Origin: a virus
Taxonomy: Duplodnaviria > Caudoviricetes
Virus record (IMG/VR): IMGVR_UViG_2862830631_000005
Coordinates: 14,672 to 78,671 of that record
Direction: 5' to 3' (one strand)
Length of the DNA: 64,000 bases
In this document: in pieces, positions 63,117 to 64,000 of the stretch
Position numbering within the stretch: position 1 is the first letter of the stretch
Layout of the letters: the number at the start of each line of letters is the position of its first letter
Translations under genes and position numbers: made by a program
The notes under the pieces: generated by a model
The model's database searches: none
What the model saw: the letters and a program-made list of their open reading frames with translations, nothing else
Told to the model about the DNA's origin: nothing

Positions 63117-63476
63117 GTGAGGGCCATAGTGATATGTCCAGATCTGCAGTCATGTGAGATCGAAGACGTTGAATCAGATGGATTGAATGCGATCCAACTG
63201 ATCGTCGGGGGGGACGTAGACGTTGTCACTACTCCTCATGCGAGCCTCTTTATGAATCGAAACGCGAAAGACTTGAAGCTGCCCATCAACGAGCTCGCAA
63301 CGTACCTGTGGTGGCGGTTAAACCCCGCTATGGAGGCTGTCGACGTAATCGGGGGGAAGTGCGTCGTAATGGGCCCCACATCGCACGGAGAGCCAACAGA
63401 CTGCACAGAGCCAGTGATTGTCCTGTGCGGCGAGATGGAGCGCATAGCTAAAGCGATCCGCGCTTCGTCACCCTGA
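63117..63476 (+). CDS. DUF3846-like protein
   Basis: LNAIQLIVGG...LPINELAT...DVIGGKCVVMG. Confidence 0.7.
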   Translation: MRAIVICPDLQSCEIEDVESDGLNAIQLIVGGDVDVVTTPHASLFMNRNAKDLKLPINELATYLWWRLNPAMEAVDVIGGKCVVMGPTSHGEPTDCTEPVIVLCGEMERIAKAIRASSP

Positions 63477-63746
63477 TCGCAGTCCCAGTGAAGCAAGTAG
63501 AGCCTCTTCGCGCGCAAACGGACGAACACGTGCGCGGAGGGGCTTTACCTTTGCTGTAGATCGCCGCCGGCACGACCCGCCTGGGCCTTCCTCGTAGTGG
63601 ACATACCCGCGAATCGGGGCGTCCATGTCGTCTCCGTTGCGCCATCGGCGGTAGTGGGTGCTGCAGAAGCCGCGGGAGCAGACCTTTCGCCGGCATGGTT
63701 CTCCGCAAACTGTACTTCGACAGCGTGGCATGGGTGCGACCTGCAC
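63468..63746 (-). CDS. hypothetical Zn-finger protein
   Basis: C....C......RGFCSTHYRRWR. Confidence 0.5.
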   Translation of the reverse strand: MQVAPMPRCRSTVCGEPCRRKVCSRGFCSTHYRRWRNGDDMDAPIRGYVHYEEGPGGSCRRRSTAKVKPLRARVRPFAREEALLASLGLRSG

Positions 63747-64000
63747 TTTCTGAGCATTTATCTGGGCATTTACAGTGTATCAGCAATTTGAATTTGAATA
63801 GCTACGACTGTTTTTTGCCGGAGAGAGAGGCGATGATTTGCAAGAGGTGTCCCGGTGCCGCCGGCCGAGGGGGCATCCCCCAGGGGTATGGAGATGGGCT
63901 AAGCACATGCCCTGACGTGCTGTTATGTCCATGCGATTGGGTCTGTGGCTGCCTGTCGTGTGGTGCCCTGTCGGGTGTGGTGTGGTGTGTGCTGGTGTGA

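Noticed and set aside
1-64000. Integrase, repressor or attP
   Set aside because: No tyrosine or serine recombinase motifs seen; lifestyle cannot be determined from this window

Overview
64 kb of a high-GC siphovirus genome, very probably a mycobacteriophage (LysA/LysB/holin, WhiB x2, Lsr2, DUF732, NrdH). The architecture is reminiscent of tRNA-rich clusters such as V or M; cluster assignment is not verifiable here. Most genes read on the minus strand. Right to left: a short plus-strand accessory operon (60.2-63.5 kb); terminase, portal, capsid and tail genes (59.8-31.3 kb), including a 2414-aa tape measure protein that carries a peptidase-like domain, a lytic transglycosylase and a VIP2-like ADP-ribosyltransferase cassette, followed by a GH172-like glycosidase; the lysis cassette (31.3-28.5 kb); a plus-strand island (25-28 kb); recombination/replication genes (24.4-15.3 kb); accessory genes (15.2-7.5 kb, including an Acb2/Tad1-like protein and a nucleotidyltransferase followed by four tandem paralogs); and a 6.6-kb RNA operon (7.3-0.7 kb). 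I folded the RNA operon by eye. It holds 25 tRNA genes covering all 20 amino acids (several structurally atypical), a tmRNA, a GGQ release-factor gene, an approximately 1.1-kb GOLLD-like structured RNA with two tRNAs embedded in its stems, three tRNA-shaped RNAs with no normal anticodon loop (one containing a whole tRNA-Ser), and HNH relics. A repeated CCTGTTTCAC-N16-18-TANNNT promoter motif recurs across the window. All calls are from manual inspection; no searches were run.
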